A stretch of 64,000 bases of DNA from Eledone cirrhosa (Eukaryota), in contig OZ024740.1 in the NCBI GenBank assembly GCA_964016885.1, positions 300,204,001-300,268,000 on the forward strand, read 5' to 3'. A program made the translations under genes and the position numbers. The stretch's first letter is position 1. Every line of letters starts with the position of its first letter. The notes under the pieces are model-generated. The model worked only from the letters and a program-made list of their open reading frames with translations, ran no database searches and had not been told where the DNA came from. Positions 13,670 through 29,045 of the stretch are shown here, one piece after another.

Positions 13670-15851
13670 ACGCCAGTCACTCGTCTGAATCATATGGTTT
13701 TAAATCATGTAAAAACCCACCCACAAACCCGCATCTAGATGCTTTCGAACAAGATTTAATGAATACGACCATGAATAATAAGTTTAACAAACATAGAAAT
13801 AATGAGCTGCAGAGCAACATGAAAGCACTACTCCGAAGACTGCAAAATACCAATGGAATTGTTGTGAAAGCTGACAAGAGCTCTAACGTGTATACCATGG
13901 ATATCGATACATACAACAACTTCATACGCAATGAACTACACAAATAATATTGAAAAACAAGTGATACTACGCTAGCAAATATTAACAACGAGGCATACAA
14001 AGTGGTGAAGAATCTTAAGATAGACGATATAACCGAGCCGATTATATCCGCAAACCCCACCTTCAACCTGAAGGACCATAAGGTAAATTTTGACTGTAAC
14101 CCTAAGATTAGACTTATATGCCCTTCTAAATCAGACATAGGAAAAATTAGCAAACATATACTTGATAGAGTAATAACTCAAGTGAAAAAGAAACTTGAAA
14201 TTAAATTATGGGGCAACACTAGCGAAGCAATTCGCTGGTTCAATAACGTTAAGAACAAGAATAAATCTAAGTTTATACCATTTGACATAGACGAATACTA
14301 CTCTTCCATCTCACCAAGCACTTTACGTAAGGCCCTATCGTTTGCTAAAGTCAATTCCGACCTAACGGAGGACGAAATTAATATTATTCTTGAGGCTAGA
14401 AAAAACTATTATCAAGTTTGATAACTGCTACTGGGAACGTAAGGACAGACCCACAAACTTCGACATTACCATGGGTTCCAACGACTCAGCGAAGGTCACG
14501 GATCTTGTGGGAATTTACATAGCCCACATACTACATAGTAAATTTAGTAATCTACAGGGGGGAATATACAGAGATGACGGGCTCTTATTAGTTAATAACT
14601 TAAATAACCAAAATCTTGAAAGGCTACGGAAAAATATTAGAAAATCTTTTAGTGAACTGGGTCTACAACGAATACAATCTTAAAGTAGTCAATTTTCTAG
14701 ACGTAACTCTTAATTTAAATACCGGACTGATACGACCCTTCCACAAGATAAATGAGAACCTTACTTATATCAATTTTAACTCAAACCACCCACTTTCCAT
14801 GATCAAATCGATTCCCCGTAGTATTTCTCTTAGAATCTCTCGCCTATCGTCTGACTCTGAGATTTTTAATGAACACGCTGAATACTATAATAATGAATTA
14901 AGGAATGCCGACCACCGGGATACAATAGAATACATTGATAAGAATCTCCATAACATACATAGCTCAACACGAAATCAAGGAATACGTAACGAGGGTACTA
15001 AAATACAAGCGCACACACGCAGTACCACCAGACATACTAATAATAGAAAATCATCACCAAATAAATCACGTTGTAGAAAGTATATCTAGTATAATCCTAT
15101 TTTTAATGCTTCGATTAGTACAAAACTATCTCTTTCATTCTTTAAGTTAATCAACAAGCATTTCCCTAGTTCCCATAAATACAGTAACATTGTGAACTCT
15201 AAAACTATTAGACTATCATACTCCACGGAACCAAACCTTGAAGCATACATAAAAAAACTTAACTTAAAGCAATTAAACAACGCTACAAAACAAAATATTT
15301 TGATAACAGATGAGCAGAACGTAATATCTGCCTCCCAACCACTAAATGGGAGACGGGTTTTACACAACCCACCTGTACTGCTATCACAACCTATCCATGG
15401 TGTACCCGCTACCCACAACAAAAACGGTAACTGCCATCTACCTGAAAATTGTCCATTAAAGAATAAATGCCTAAAGTCCAACATTGTTTACCAATGCACG
15501 GTTGAATCGAACGACCAGAAATAGTATTACATAGGGTCTACCACCACCTCGTTTAAATCTCGCTGGTACCGTCATCGATTTTCAATTAAACATCCTGATC
15601 ACCGTTTTGTGACCACGCTCGTCAACAAGACCTGGCAACTCCGTGAACGCAACCACAAGTTCACCTTAAAAAGGGATATACTTTCCAGTTCAAGTGCATA
15701 TCGGAGTGGATTGAAGTACTGTAGGTTATGTAACCTTGAACCGTTTTACATCATAAAATCCAAAAATAAACTACTTAACGATAGAATCGAACGATCATTA
15801 TACTGCAACCACAAACTAAAAGCTAAATTCTCTCACTATAAAATAACTTAA
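13670..15851 (+). pseudogene. Disrupted PLE reverse transcriptase / GIY-YIG endonuclease ORF
   Basis: Motifs KADKS, RLICPSKSDIG, FDIDEYYSSI, FDITMGS, IYRDDGL, FLDVTLNL, SNHP, LSYST, C..CPL...C, NIVYQC...YYIGST, CRLCNLE. Multiple stops and frameshifts. Confidence 0.9.
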
Positions 15852-16351
15852 CATTCGAACCCGTAACTATAACATTGCTTTCTAGCTAACCACTTTCTCT
15901 TCCCCCACACTACAAGAAATACCCTGCTTATCACTATAAATGGTAACTTAGTGCAATTCGCAGCTTACTATTACGAACCCAATGTTCACCCACCCGATAT
16001 CTTTCGTCTGTGCCCTCTCTATCTCTCCCTCTCTATCCATTCCACTCTCTCGCCCTAGGCCTACCTCCCTACCTCTCCACATCTATGAACCTGCCCTCTG
16101 GGGCAATAAATAATTCCAACCTTGACTATCAACGCATCGCTTAAGGTGGTTGCTTTAAGAGTAACCAGTATAATAAAACCCCTACCATAACATTTTGATT
16201 AAGATATCTACAAACCACTCTCTCCTATTTCTCCAACCCCTGCATATCTTTCTCTCTCTCTTCCTCTCCCCTTCTTTCTCTCTTCCTTTTCTACTCTATC
16301 TTCCCTAATAACCTCACTTAAGGGTATTTACATTGTAGGTTTTAACCATTC

Positions 16352-16463
16352 TGCTCTGATGATACAATGGTCACAGCATTTGATAATTGAGTTTTGCAAA
16401 TAGTTGTGAATTTGCACATAGCATAACTAGGTTGTATAACCACCGTGAAAACATTTGTAAGCA
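16352..16463 (+). ncRNA. Hammerhead ribozyme motif in the PLE 3' pLTR (family E, G12 position changed to A)
   Basis: TGCT-CTGATGA...GTG-AAAA-CATTTG-TA-AGCA; the other arm reads GTG-GAAA. Confidence 0.6.
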
Positions 16464-16655
16464 CACGGAATAAATTACCTTTTTATGATGTCTACCTGTT
16501 ATTATTCATTCTTTATCTACACTCCGGAATACAGAAGGATCAGAAACTAAGTTTCTTCAACAATTCTTCCATAACTCGTTGAGTAACCTCTCACCGTACG
16601 TCAACCCTATCCAGTGTAGTAATTAACCATTACTGCATCTAGGATAATCCTATAC

Positions 16656-16711
<56 letters not shown>

Positions 16712-17466
16712 CTCACAAGAACATGAATATATGAATGTCTCACTGAACAGTCTTATGTACAGAAATGTATTTAGTGGGACTTAACCTCAGGAAGACGAAT
16801 TAAGAAAAGTATAATGATAGACTGAAAAAATATTGTAGTCAGAATTCTAAAGAATTGAGTAAAAATATACAAATACATAAAATTATATAAAGAAAATCGT
16901 TGACGAAAGCAAAAAAGAAATAACAAGAAAATGAAAAAAATGTGGGGAGAAAGCAAGAAAATTGAAAAGAAAGACCTGAGATTAACTCGGAGGAAAGCCA
17001 GACAGAAAAAATAAAAGTGAGAGAAGGAAAGAATGTTAGTGATATAATAAGTTTCCTTCTTGGCGAAAAAGTTTGATTGAACAGATTTGAAGAGATATAA
17101 TAGTAAGTGTCTTTCATTAGTATAGCAACTACCTCAGTTAATCTTTTTCAATCTCTTCCCTTCACTCTGTTAGTTATCCAAAGTATATTATATGTTTACT
17201 GGCAGACGATTATATGAATTGCCACAACAAAACATTTGTGCTGACAGCTATTATAAAGGCCAAGATGTAAAAACATCAAATAAAACACACTTCACAGGTA
17301 TATACAACACCACGAACCTCATACATATATCATATCTATATATATTTACATTGTCATACTCATACATGCGTAAACATATACCTTCACATGCCAGCGCACA
17401 TATTTTATCAATCCACAAATGCATACACTCCCTCAAATTACTGTCATTTATGCACACTCACACTCT

Positions 17467-17534
<68 letters not shown>

Positions 17535-17974
17535 TATATAGATAGACAGATCAGAGCAAACATCACGGGCGCTCTATCTCAAAATTATTTTTGAAAAGCA
17601 TTAGAAATGCGCAACCGGTAACAACTTAAAACCAAAACTGAATACTAACCAATACTTATTACTAATTTTTACTAAACCCCCCAAGGGAAGGGGGAGTGAA
17701 AACCAAGCACCACAAAACAAGAGCTGTCAAAGGACGGTGGGATTTCTCAGAGTCAACGGTCATCTACCCCAACTATGGACTAAATAGCTTCACGAACCTG
17801 TATTTGGCATAGCGTGCTGAGTACGATTACACACCCTGGAGACAATAATACATGCGATAATCATAACTGTCCTGTTATCTTGCCTTGGCTTGTCACTGAA
17901 CACATAGCTGTGGAGATGGTGTGGGTGCTGAATGTGTAGAAGAAGCACGTAGAATTGCTATGTTTATGTGGATT

Positions 17975-18118
17975 AGCAATATCGGTAGGGCGTCGGACAC
18001 CATGTTTTGCAGTAAACAGTTACGTCCATTTAGGTTTTGAATTCAAATTACGCCGAGATTAGCTTTGAATTACACTCCCCCAAATTTGGTGGATTTGTGC
18101 CTAAAGTAGAATCAATTA
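17975..18118 (+). mobile_element. tRNA-derived SINE (diverged)
   Basis: Same head as the copies at 20900 and 22718, with B-box-like GAATTCAAAT and tail GTGCCTAAAGTAGAA. Confidence 0.6.
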
Positions 18119-18294
18119 TATATATATATATATATCCTGGACCGGGCAATGCGTTATGTCCTTGAGCAAGACACTTTATTTCACGTTGCTCCTTCTACCG
18201 GGAGTTGCAACCGATAGATAGTACTAACAACTGGAAAGACCGACGAAAACATTGTTTCATCGGTCCGCTTTGACCAAAGTCGATCGATCCTTTT

Positions 18295-18385
<91 letters not shown>

Positions 18386-18419
18386 CATACATATATATAA
18401 ACGTTTGAATATGTGTAAT

Positions 18420-19232
18420 AAGGCCAAGACAATGCAGGTATGGACATAGAAAAAAGAATGAAATAGTGAAAGATATTGATGTGAATTCGTCTTTCACCTT
18501 GAATTTATTTAAATGTCCTTAATTTTCGAGATAATATCTCTTCTTCGGAGGGAAGTAAAGGTCTCAAACCAGCGTCTTTAAATCTCTAGCCAAGCCATGC
18601 TGACTGGAAATAGTATAAGAGTATCTGTTCTAACTCTAATATCAAAGAATTAAAATTAGGTGGATAAAGAGTAGTCTCCCTTTAAGAGGGGTTTGTTTAG
18701 GGTTTTTTTTTTTTTTTTAAAATTGTATATACGTGCCTGTATATGTGTGTGGGAGAATGCATGAAGGTGTAGGTATGTGGGTGTGTGTGTGTGAGTGTGG
18801 GAAGATAGGTCTAATCGTAAAAGTGGGGGGTAGGTGTTATCTGGTGTTAGAACTGGTTTTGTGTGTGTATGTGTGAGAGAGAATAAGTGGAGGTGTAAGC
18901 GTGTGTGTGTGCGCGTGCGTGTATGTGGGGTGTGTAAAAATGGGGCTAGAGGCCCTATCAGTTATAAATTGGGTGTTGAGCTCTAGTCTATTATTGATTG
19001 GTGGATGTGTTCTATCTATAATAAGTGCTTCCTTAATTCTAAGATTGCCGAGGTTTCTTTCCTTAGTTTCTATCCTAACTGTTATGTTTTTATCGGTGTT
19101 TTTGCATTTAACTAGGTGTTTCTTAAATGAGGAAGCGTTAGTATTGAGGTGTTCTTTTATTCTTATGTGGAGTGGTCTGGTGGTGCTACCTACGTAGAAG
19201 TTGTTGCATTTGTCACACTCTAGTCTGTATAC
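18420..19232 (-). mobile_element. PLE 3' remnant: GIY-YIG endonuclease fragment plus 3' UTR
   Basis: Manual minus-strand translation from 19232: VYRLECDKCNNFYVGSTTRPLHIRIKEHLN...LRIKEALII...PPINNR (absent from the ORF track). The 3' end has CCGAAGA...GAAA; a partial copy lies at 12434-12510. Confidence 0.8.
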
Positions 19233-19333
19233 TCATATATATATATATTCATATATATATATATTAAATATTGATGTTTTTATTCCACTTAATATAATGA
19301 GTACCTTATTTACTGTAGTTACTCCCTATTACC

Positions 19334-19391
<58 letters not shown>

Positions 19392-20293
19392 CCCTATGCA
19401 AATATTCTATCTCAACATAAATGGAATACACCTCCTATTGTAGTGGAGCGCTTTGTGATGTAATGAAGAACGGAGGCGCTGATACTATAATAAGAGGACA
19501 TATTACCACGAACCTGTGAAACCTGAGTCTCGACTACATACGTCCTCCGCGACCAAAGAGAAATTTGACGGACTCTCTAGATTGTCTGTTACTTGATACT
19601 TGCAGTTTAGTTTTTATCTGGTATTTATACTAATTGTTACATTACATTTCATTCAATTTTAATTGATTCTTAATTAAAATTACATTTCTTATATATATTG
19701 TGTACTCTATATATTACGGTTTATGTTATAATTCGGGTTTCAGATGTTACGTGCCAAAACATTCTTGAGAGGGTTATCTTCTCTGGAGACGTTCTGCTGT
19801 CCTGCTCTCATGTGAGTTTCTTACCACATTTGTGGTCACCACTTTCTTCAACTATGTATTACGTATTATATATCAATTCTGAATTATTAATTGTTTTTAC
19901 TACCTCTTTAATTATCTATTAATTAAATATCTAATTAACCCCCCACCCGCCCCCACATTAACTTATTTACCTCTTAAACTTCGTTATAGTTTATTTATAA
20001 TATAACTACACTTACACCTTACTTTTATATTTATATTTAATAATTTTCACGTTCCATCTTATTGCGTATAATTAAATTAATTATATTATATTGCTGCATT
20101 CCATAATATATTGCGTATGTAATCTAATATTGAACTAGCCCTTCTATTGAACAATAGTGACCGATAATTTAATTGTAATCTTAATTTTAATCTATGTATT
20201 TACATATTGTCATTTTCAATTTCCATCAGGTATGTACTTTTCTTTTCTACAAAAGTATAGTTATATATGATATGCTACATTGAGAAAAAAATG

Positions 20294-20403
20294 AGTTCTA
20301 CATTAGGCACAAGGCCAGCAATTTGACGATGGGGTCGATTAAGTTGACGTTAGTGCATTACTGGTACTTTATTTTATCGACCCCGCAAGGATGAAAGGCA
20401 AAG
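20294..20403 (-). mobile_element. SINE 3' half (inverted relative to 20806-20888)
   Basis: Reverse complement of TTCATCCTTGCGGGGTCGATA...GTACCAGT...GGCCTTGTGCCTAA. Confidence 0.7.
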
Positions 20404-20805
20404 CTAAGCATGATGCAATAAGATATCTATAATCATATTATTTTCATTATTTGCTAGGCGGTACACTATCAACTAACTGCCTTCGGCCCTCTGAGTAACA
20501 TGCATGTCGACTAAGTTTGGTTCTATATTTTGAGTTCTTAGAATTACTTTATTAATTAGTTTCCACTCCCTTCATTATTTAAACACTAGTAGTAAAACCA
20601 CCCCTCGATATTATATATAAACTGCATTAGGAGAAAATTAGTGACGGAAATATATAAATGTTTATTTAAGTGATCGCTAACCGGATGTGTTGACATTTGA
20701 AAATTTTGAAGAAGTGAATCTTAAAATAAGCAACAATATTATTTATATTTAATCAAAATAACGTAATTTAGTAGATAAATTATGTAATATTCATTCATTA
20801 TTTAT

Positions 20806-21085
20806 TCATCCTTGCGGGGTCGATAACATAAAGTACCAGTAATGCACTGGTTAATTGCTGGCCTTGTGCCTAACGTAGAAACAATTATTTATTCAAAGTG
20901 GATTGGCAGTATCGGTAGAGAGTCGTACGCCATGCTTTCCTGCATAGTTACGTCCCTTTGCGGTCTGAGTTCAAATCCCGCAGAGGTTAACTCTGCCTAT
21001 CATCCTTACGGGGTCGATAAACTAAAGTACCAGTAATGTACTGGGTATGTGATGGCCTTCTGCCAAAAGTAGAAACAATGTTTTA
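20806..21085 (+). mobile_element. Tandem SINE copies (partial plus near-full)
   Basis: GGCAGTATCGGTAGAG head, GAGTTCAAATCCCG B-box, shared CATCCTT.CGGGGTCGATAA body. Confidence 0.75.
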
Positions 21086-21277
21086 TCCAACTTATTTTAC
21101 AAAGAGGATAAAAAAAATATTCTGGAAGCAGTCCCACACTACTTACTTTATTATAGTTTAGATGCTCAACCACTAATAGCCTATTTTTAAAAACTTTCCG
21201 GAGATGAGGGGTGGTGTTACGTCACTCTGACGAGTACGCCACACGAACCTTTCTTTTTCTTTTCCACTATACAAATA

Positions 21278-21340
<63 letters not shown>

Positions 21341-21345
<5 letters not shown>

Positions 21346-22622
21346 CTTGATCACCTTGACTGACCAGTCTGTCGGGCTTCCATTCAGCGCCGCTGGTCAC
21401 AGCACGCCGTCCATTCCTCTCTGGATCGTGCTTTCCTCAACCATGTAATCCCAATCGTATTCTTAAAATCGTGGACCTTCCAAGTGGTCGTTTCCGCTCG
21501 CGCGAGCACCACTCGGCAACTGCGTGGGTCCACCGATTATCGGTGAACCGGGCGACGTGTTCAGCCCATCTGAATTTGCTGTGCATATATTCCGTGATGA
21601 CGTCCCTCACGCCGGACTTCTGTCTGATGACTTCGCTCCTGATGTGCTCTCTCAACGATATTCCTAGCATTCATCTCTTCATGGCTCGTTGAGCCGTTAC
21701 CAGCCTCTGTTCTTCTCTCTTCGTTGTAGCCCAAGTTTCATTGCCATTTAACATTGCAGGTAAAACTGTGCTATTGAAGAGTTTGGCGCGGGTGGTCTTG
21801 TCTAACCTCCCCCTGAGCACATCCCTTATGCCGTTGAACGCCTTGCATCCGGCCCTTACTCTCCGCGAGATCTCCCTCTCAATGTCTCGGCTCATGTTCA
21901 CTTCTTGTCCCATGTAGACGTATTCCTCCACCTCCTCTATTTCATCATCACCAACCACCATTCGACCTGTTGGTACGTTGTCGGACCGCATAAACTTCGT
22001 TTTCATGCGGTTCATATTGAGGCCTACTGGTTTCAGCGATGAGTACGATGTCATCAGCGAAACGGAGGTGGGTTAGTATCTCGCCGTTGATGTTGACACC
22101 GACTTGCCTGTCAATGCCTCTGATGATCTGCTCGAGACATGTGGTGAAAAGTTTTGGAGAGATCGTATCTCCTTGCTTCACGCCTTCTCGACCGGATCTC
22201 GTACGGGTGATGACAGCAAAACTATGTCGGTGGTGCATCCGGTACTCGCCTCCATGAGCAGTTAAACCTATTGCGCCTCGACTCCTTGCTTCTGCAACGA
22301 GTTCAGCACTGCGTTGATTTAGATGCTGTCGAAAGCCTTCTCGTAGTCTACGAACGCGACGCAAAGAGGCATCTTGTACTCTTTTGCTCGCTCAAGCAGT
22401 TGTGTCAGAGTAAATATGTGATCCATCGAGCTGTAGTTTTTCCGGAAACCGGCTTGCCCTCTCGGTTGCTGTTCGTCCAGATGACGTGATAACCTTTTCA
22501 TGATTATCTTCGTGAACAGCTTGTACACGTGAGGCAGCAGGCATATTGGTCGGTAGTTCTTTAGATCTTCTCTATCGCCCTTCTTGTATAGCAGGATGGT
22601 ATTCGACTCTTTCCATCTTAAT
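21341..22622 (-). mobile_element. RTE-clade LINE, 5'-truncated, disrupted RT
   Basis: QAGFRK, FVDYEKAFDS, GVKQGDTISPKLF, LRFADDIVL, YVYMGQ, ETW, KRPLGR in successive frames; short CAAGGTGAT tail repeats. Confidence 0.9.
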
Positions 22623-22717
22623 GTATTTAACGTAGCACCCGTCCATAATTTTTATAATGTTTATTGTTTTGTTAATTCTTTATAACTGTTTGTATCTTTT
22701 TATTATTTCACACAATT

Positions 22718-22915
22718 AGGGCGGTGGCTTGGCAGTATCGGTAGAGAGTCGGACGCCATGCTTTGAAGCATAGAGTTACCTCTCTTTATGATCTGAGTTC
22801 AAATCCCGTCGAGATTAACTTTGCTTTCACCCTTACAGGGTCGATGAAATAAAGCACCAGTAATACACTGGGATAATTGCTGGCCTTGTGCCAAAAGTAG
22901 AAACAATTATTTCAC
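22718..22915 (+). mobile_element. tRNA-derived SINE
   Basis: GGCGGTGGCTTGGCAGTATCGGTAGAG A-box region, GAGTTCAAATCCC B-box, same body as 20900-21085. Confidence 0.75.
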
Positions 22916-23644
22916 ACAATTTCTATAATATTGTGCAACTTTATAGCAGTTATATTCTTTTATTTGTTACAGTCACACAACGCTTGCTTTCGGCCATCCT
23001 CTGCTGAGAGAAAGTGTAGTACCCTTAAACCTCTGCCGCAGCGGACTGCAAGGTTCGGATTATTGGCATGCCGTTTTCTGAGGACAGTAGTATTTCTGTC
23101 TCCACAACACAAACTGTACATTTCATATAGTGCACCTAACAACTAACAATTCTTAGTAAGTTTGTTTTGAAATTTCGTTCACGTAGGAGCTTTCTTCGTA
23201 TTTTCACTAAAGACATTTTAGTCTGATAGTGGGGTTTAAAGCTTCCTAATAAATGGAAGAGGATGAATATTAGCGTACATCAATACTCATCCTTTAACAT
23301 TTTTAGAGGGTTATTACCCCATTAGCATGCTAAAATGCCTTTGACATTTCTTACTATTGCTACATGTATAATATTCGGGGATGATTTGGTGATACAATAA
23401 CACCGGATTGGTGAGCCATCCACGACAAATATCTATTCTCTATTCCCTCTCCGAATTCGCGGTAATCCTGTTGTATTAAATAACTAATTTTGCAATCCAC
23501 ACCTGAGTAAATCGCGTAAGACTTGCATCATTGATTGAAGTAGCTATACATAGCGTGTTTTCGTAACAATAAAACCTTAATGAAAGTTTCCAGTTAGACT
23601 CTTTCTTATTTTTATATCTATATATATATATATAAATATATACG

Positions 23645-24460
23645 GGAAAATGTTTAACCCCGACGGGGTTAAACATTGTCCTATTACCCATTCTACTACC
23701 CTAAGTATTGAGTACTCTGGCGCGTTATGGTCCATCTGGTTCCTTACCAGACTTCCTTCGTTATAGAAATATATATAAATGAAATGAATACAAAGGAGTA
23801 TATACCTTTAAAACATGTTTATATAAAAATGCACCTACGTACGTTTCGCCCAATTAGAGCTTCTCAAGGGCATAGAAAACAAAAAAATGATCAGTACCTG
23901 GCCCAGGAGGGGTTTTAAGGTTAAATTTACATCAGAGTTCATTCTTCGTTTAAGTACGCGTGTTGTTTTGCCACAGAGCAAGGGGAGTAACTCTGGCCGG
24001 CGCTTGAATAATCGACCCCCACTGCATTTTACCCGTTCACATGATGGTGTTTTGCGTTATTATTTTGTGGGTGCTACTTTACTACTGCCGGTTCGAGCCG
24101 GGTCTGGGATGTATATTTGGTTCACCGATGTTTATTTGCGCCTCTTGCCCACCGGTGTAATATGGTTTGGGCAGAGGGACCCAGTCTATAGTTTTCATGC
24201 CACAGTCGGTTCCCACCCGAAATACGACACCTTTATTCGGTGCCTGCAGTTTATAACGGCATCGGCTCTACTGTTTATGATTTCAAGGGGTGCTCTTATG
24301 ATATAGTAAAGCTAAATATAATATATATATATAACGAAGGAAGAGTGGTAATGAACCAGATGGACCATAACGCACCAGAGTACTCAATACTTAGGGTAGT
24401 AGAGTGGGTTACAGGAAAATGTTTGACCCCGACGGCAGAGCTCAAACCGTTTCGACGGCT
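23645..24460. repeat. Family G short repeats: 23662-23765 inverted relative to 24331-24434; further copies at 29045-29120 and 29160-29350
   Basis: Shared CATAACGCACCAG.GTACTC.ATACTTAGGGTAGTAG. Carries an HHR 3' half GAAA-CGG...CCG-TC-GGGGT. Confidence 0.75.
23829..23873 (-). ncRNA. Minimal hammerhead motif with U3:A8 core (family F)
   Basis: Minus strand: ATGCCC-TTGAGAA-GCTC/GGGC-GAAA-CGTACG-TA-GGTGCAT. Confidence 0.6.
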
Positions 24461-25455
24461 ATTTCTGGAGTCACAGAATGTGTGACGAAAGAACTTTGAC
24501 AATATATGAACAACCGTCCGGCTGCGGAACCAACCAACCGAAAGTTATACATTTCTTAAATTTATATTTTAATTTAACTTATAATAAATTGGAGTGAAAA
24601 CAACTGGTGCGTGTGTTTCTTATTGGCAACATAACCCTCGTTATTTTAATATATATATATATATATGAAAAGATTCAGGACCGCGACGACTGAAGTCTGG
24701 CTGTTCATTAGCTAGATCCCAACTAGAAATTGGACTACATAACAAGAACATATTTTTAGGTACAGACACTTTTACTCGGCATTCGTCTATAGTCTTCATT
24801 TTAGTAATTCACTGCAGGGAAATATTTTTCAATTTAAAATATCTCCCACTATGTAAGATATTAAAACTTTCCTATCCAAGTGAGTATATTTGCATCTAAT
24901 TGGATTGAGATATTGCTAGAACATGGCACTACGCTGCTGGGATTATATACGATCCAGCGGCATATAATGTCGCTATATCCAGTTTTCCGGTATTAATAAA
25001 ATTTCTTGTGAGAGATTCAATCATATGACATTTGAAATGATATTACTTTACACTGTTTTCGGCCAAACTTACCACACAATACTAAATTGGTTGTAGGGCA
25101 TAATATTGACCTTGTATATTCTGGAATCTGAATATTGTGGATACAGTTTGTATTTCTTTATGATTAAAAGGAAATAAGAAATGTTCTGATACATGTAACA
25201 TCTATAAAATTCCCACCTTTTACAAATCATATTTTTATGTCAGTAAAATTAACCTGTGTTGTAATTAATTATCTCTATAAAACACCAGAATATTAGATCG
25301 TCTTTCAATATACAGAGCGAAGTACTGCTATATTAGCAAAACCTGAAGAGAGCATGCCCTGCGATAGTAAATATTGTATCTTCAAATTTCAAACAACTAT
25401 GCAGGTAATTGTGGATTCAATATTTCTCAGGTCCATAACTAAAGTAGCAGTTAAT

Positions 25456-25566
<111 letters not shown>

Positions 25567-25651
25567 AAAGTTATATTTAAAATTGTTGGGTTACAACTAG
25601 TAAATATTTATAACTGATATAAAAGCACTCGACAAATATTTGGAGTATATT

Positions 25652-26030
25652 TACAATATTAAATAAATGGAAACTATATTTATAAAACCATATTTATTTC
25701 ATTATATATATTTCGGGGATATCATATTAACAATATGCTATGCCTTCCTCAGACAAAATACAATATAAACAGTTTTATAGATAAATAGATTCGACATACC
25801 GTTATAACACCGACTTCCATTTGAAGAGGTTTAAGCTGACAGCCAGCTTAAACCTCTTCAAATGGAAGTCGGTGTTATAACGGTATGTCGAATCTATTTA
25901 TCTATAAAACTGTTTATATTGTATTTTGTCTGAGGAAGGCATAGCATATTGTTAATATGATATCCCCGAAATATATATAATGAAATAAATATGGTTTTAT
26001 AAATATAGTTTCCATTTATTTAATATTGTA
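25652..26030. repeat. Perfect 187-bp-arm foldback (25652-25838 / 25844-26030, 5-nt loop)
   Basis: Arms read as exact reverse complements around ACAGC. Confidence 0.95.
25925..25984 (+). ncRNA. Hammerhead motif, family H (mirror copy on the minus strand of the left arm)
   Basis: TTTGT-CTGAGGA-AGG...CCC-GAAA-TATATA-TA-ATGAA-ATAAA. Confidence 0.65.
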
Positions 26031-26262
26031 TATATATATATATATTTCTCAACCTGATTTTTCTCAACCTGATTAGTTCTATCGTTATTTTGGTATATAT
26101 TGTGTTAGATTCGCCTACCACAATGTTCGATTTGTCAAGCTATTTAAACGTAAGTTATTACTCTAAAGGCCTACATTATCGAGTGGTTTGCTAACTCATC
26201 ATTTCATATAAGTAGGCCTAATTTACTTGCAAACCCCCAGAGATTCGATTTTACTAATTTCC

Positions 26263-27268
<1,006 letters not shown>

Positions 27269-28949
27269 TTATATATATATGTGTATGTATTAGGGTGAGC
27301 ACATGGATGTTTATACTCAATCTTTGTTATTCATTTAACGGTCATGCATATCTAAATATTTTAAATGGAATTATCCATATGCATTAATATATTTTTTTAA
27401 TAAAATTACACGATAAATTATTAATAATATCGTTAAATAAAATTGAAAACATTACGATTCATTTATATAACATGGTAAACAAAATTACATTTTACTCTGG
27501 ATGACTATGAAATTTAAATGTGCTACCGAGATATCTTGAAGTGCATGAACATATACAATTCTGACGTTTATGTCTCTCGTATATATATTTTAATGATTTC
27601 TATATCTTTTTTATTGCAACACAATTTAAGGAAACATTAGATATGATTTCATTGTGTTCGGCACTTGAATGATACTTCATTTACTGTCGGATCTGGAATA
27701 ATCGATCCCCGTACACCGTTTATTATTTTTTCAGAATTTTTCAACTTTCAGCTCTTATTCCACCACCCCCGCTTATTAAGATTTGCTAGTTTATTTCTGA
27801 CAAAATAGTGGGTTTTTTTTAAATTCAACGCAGTCAGCCAAGAAACTTTACTGATTTCCTACGCCTCCGCTTATTCAAACTCCTTGTTTGTTCCAACACT
27901 CCACACTTACTCCATAACCCAAATTATTTGGAACTCGAGAATAACTATTTCCAAAGGATGGTAGGCAAGGTAAACTCCGGTGGGCATTCAAGTGAAATTG
28001 TCATATTAAGCAAAATATATCTTTACACAATATTCAACTACTTATAGAAAGTATCCAGTACTGCGTAAATGGATTCTCCCTAGCTGAATTCTCCTTCTCT
28101 CATGTTACTCAGAGTCGAATCATCTGGTAATAGTTAAATGAGATATTTAGAAGTAAAAAGTAGCCAAATCTTCCACACACCTAGTTGTTTCGTCATAAGA
28201 AAAGCAGATCATACATATTAACGTTATTTATATTATTCCAGGAATATGTGGCGCCGTGCAATAATGAACACAGGTGTTAGACTAAGATTTTCATAGATAG
28301 ACTTATTACATAATGAAATGCCTGAAGCAAAAATAAAATAACGAGAGAAATGTTGTGTATTTATGTGTTTGTTTATTTGCCTTTTATTTATGATCTGCTA
28401 AAAGGCTAAACATTTATAATTTTTTACTGTATCCCCTCATCGTAGACATTTCATGTTAACAATTGATCTATACCCGGGAAAGCCACCTTGCCCACTAATG
28501 TGTGTATAGCGGTATGTAAAATCCAGACCCCGATGCCAAGTGGTTTGGGTTGTGTGTCCCACAAGCCGGGACTGGTTGGCGCCACCGTCGGGATTTTACA
28601 TAAGCTACTCTCCCTCTCACTGTATATATATATATATATTATCAATATGGTATAGAATATATAATAACTGGGAAATATGGGTTTGCTATGCATATAAAAA
28701 AAAAACTTTCATCAATACAGTGTTTCTTATTATGGAGCATATATTAGTAAGTTAGGCTGTTTCAGTTCCGATTGGTCTTCTGCACTATTGCATACTGAGA
28801 GTTTTAATTTCAATGAAGTAATATGCAAATATCACCATGTGTTTCTAGAGTGTATTTTTATTCAAAGACATTTCGATAGTACGATATAATTCTCGGCCAT
28901 GTACAAACTCACACACACATACAGACGCACACACACACACTCACTCATA

Positions 28950-29045
<96 letters not shown>

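Larger units (their letters stand above)
12824..16658 (+). mobile_element. Penelope-like retroelement (PLE), 5'-truncated, with inverted copy of its 3' end / pseudo-LTR
   Basis: RT plus GIY-YIG ORF fragments. 12824-13666 is the reverse complement of 15631-16516. Both arms carry an HHR. (TA)n flanks. Confidence 0.9.

Noticed and set aside
15420-15851. Possible selenocysteine (UGA) recoding, as reported for some Naiad PLEs
   Set aside because: The conserved Cys positions I checked here and at 32255-32300 use TGT/TGC; the stops look like decay.
18471-18552. CCGAAGA-AGAGA/TCTC-GAAA motif at the end of the third PLE
   Set aside because: Stem III is reduced to about 2 nt, so it is not called as a ribozyme.
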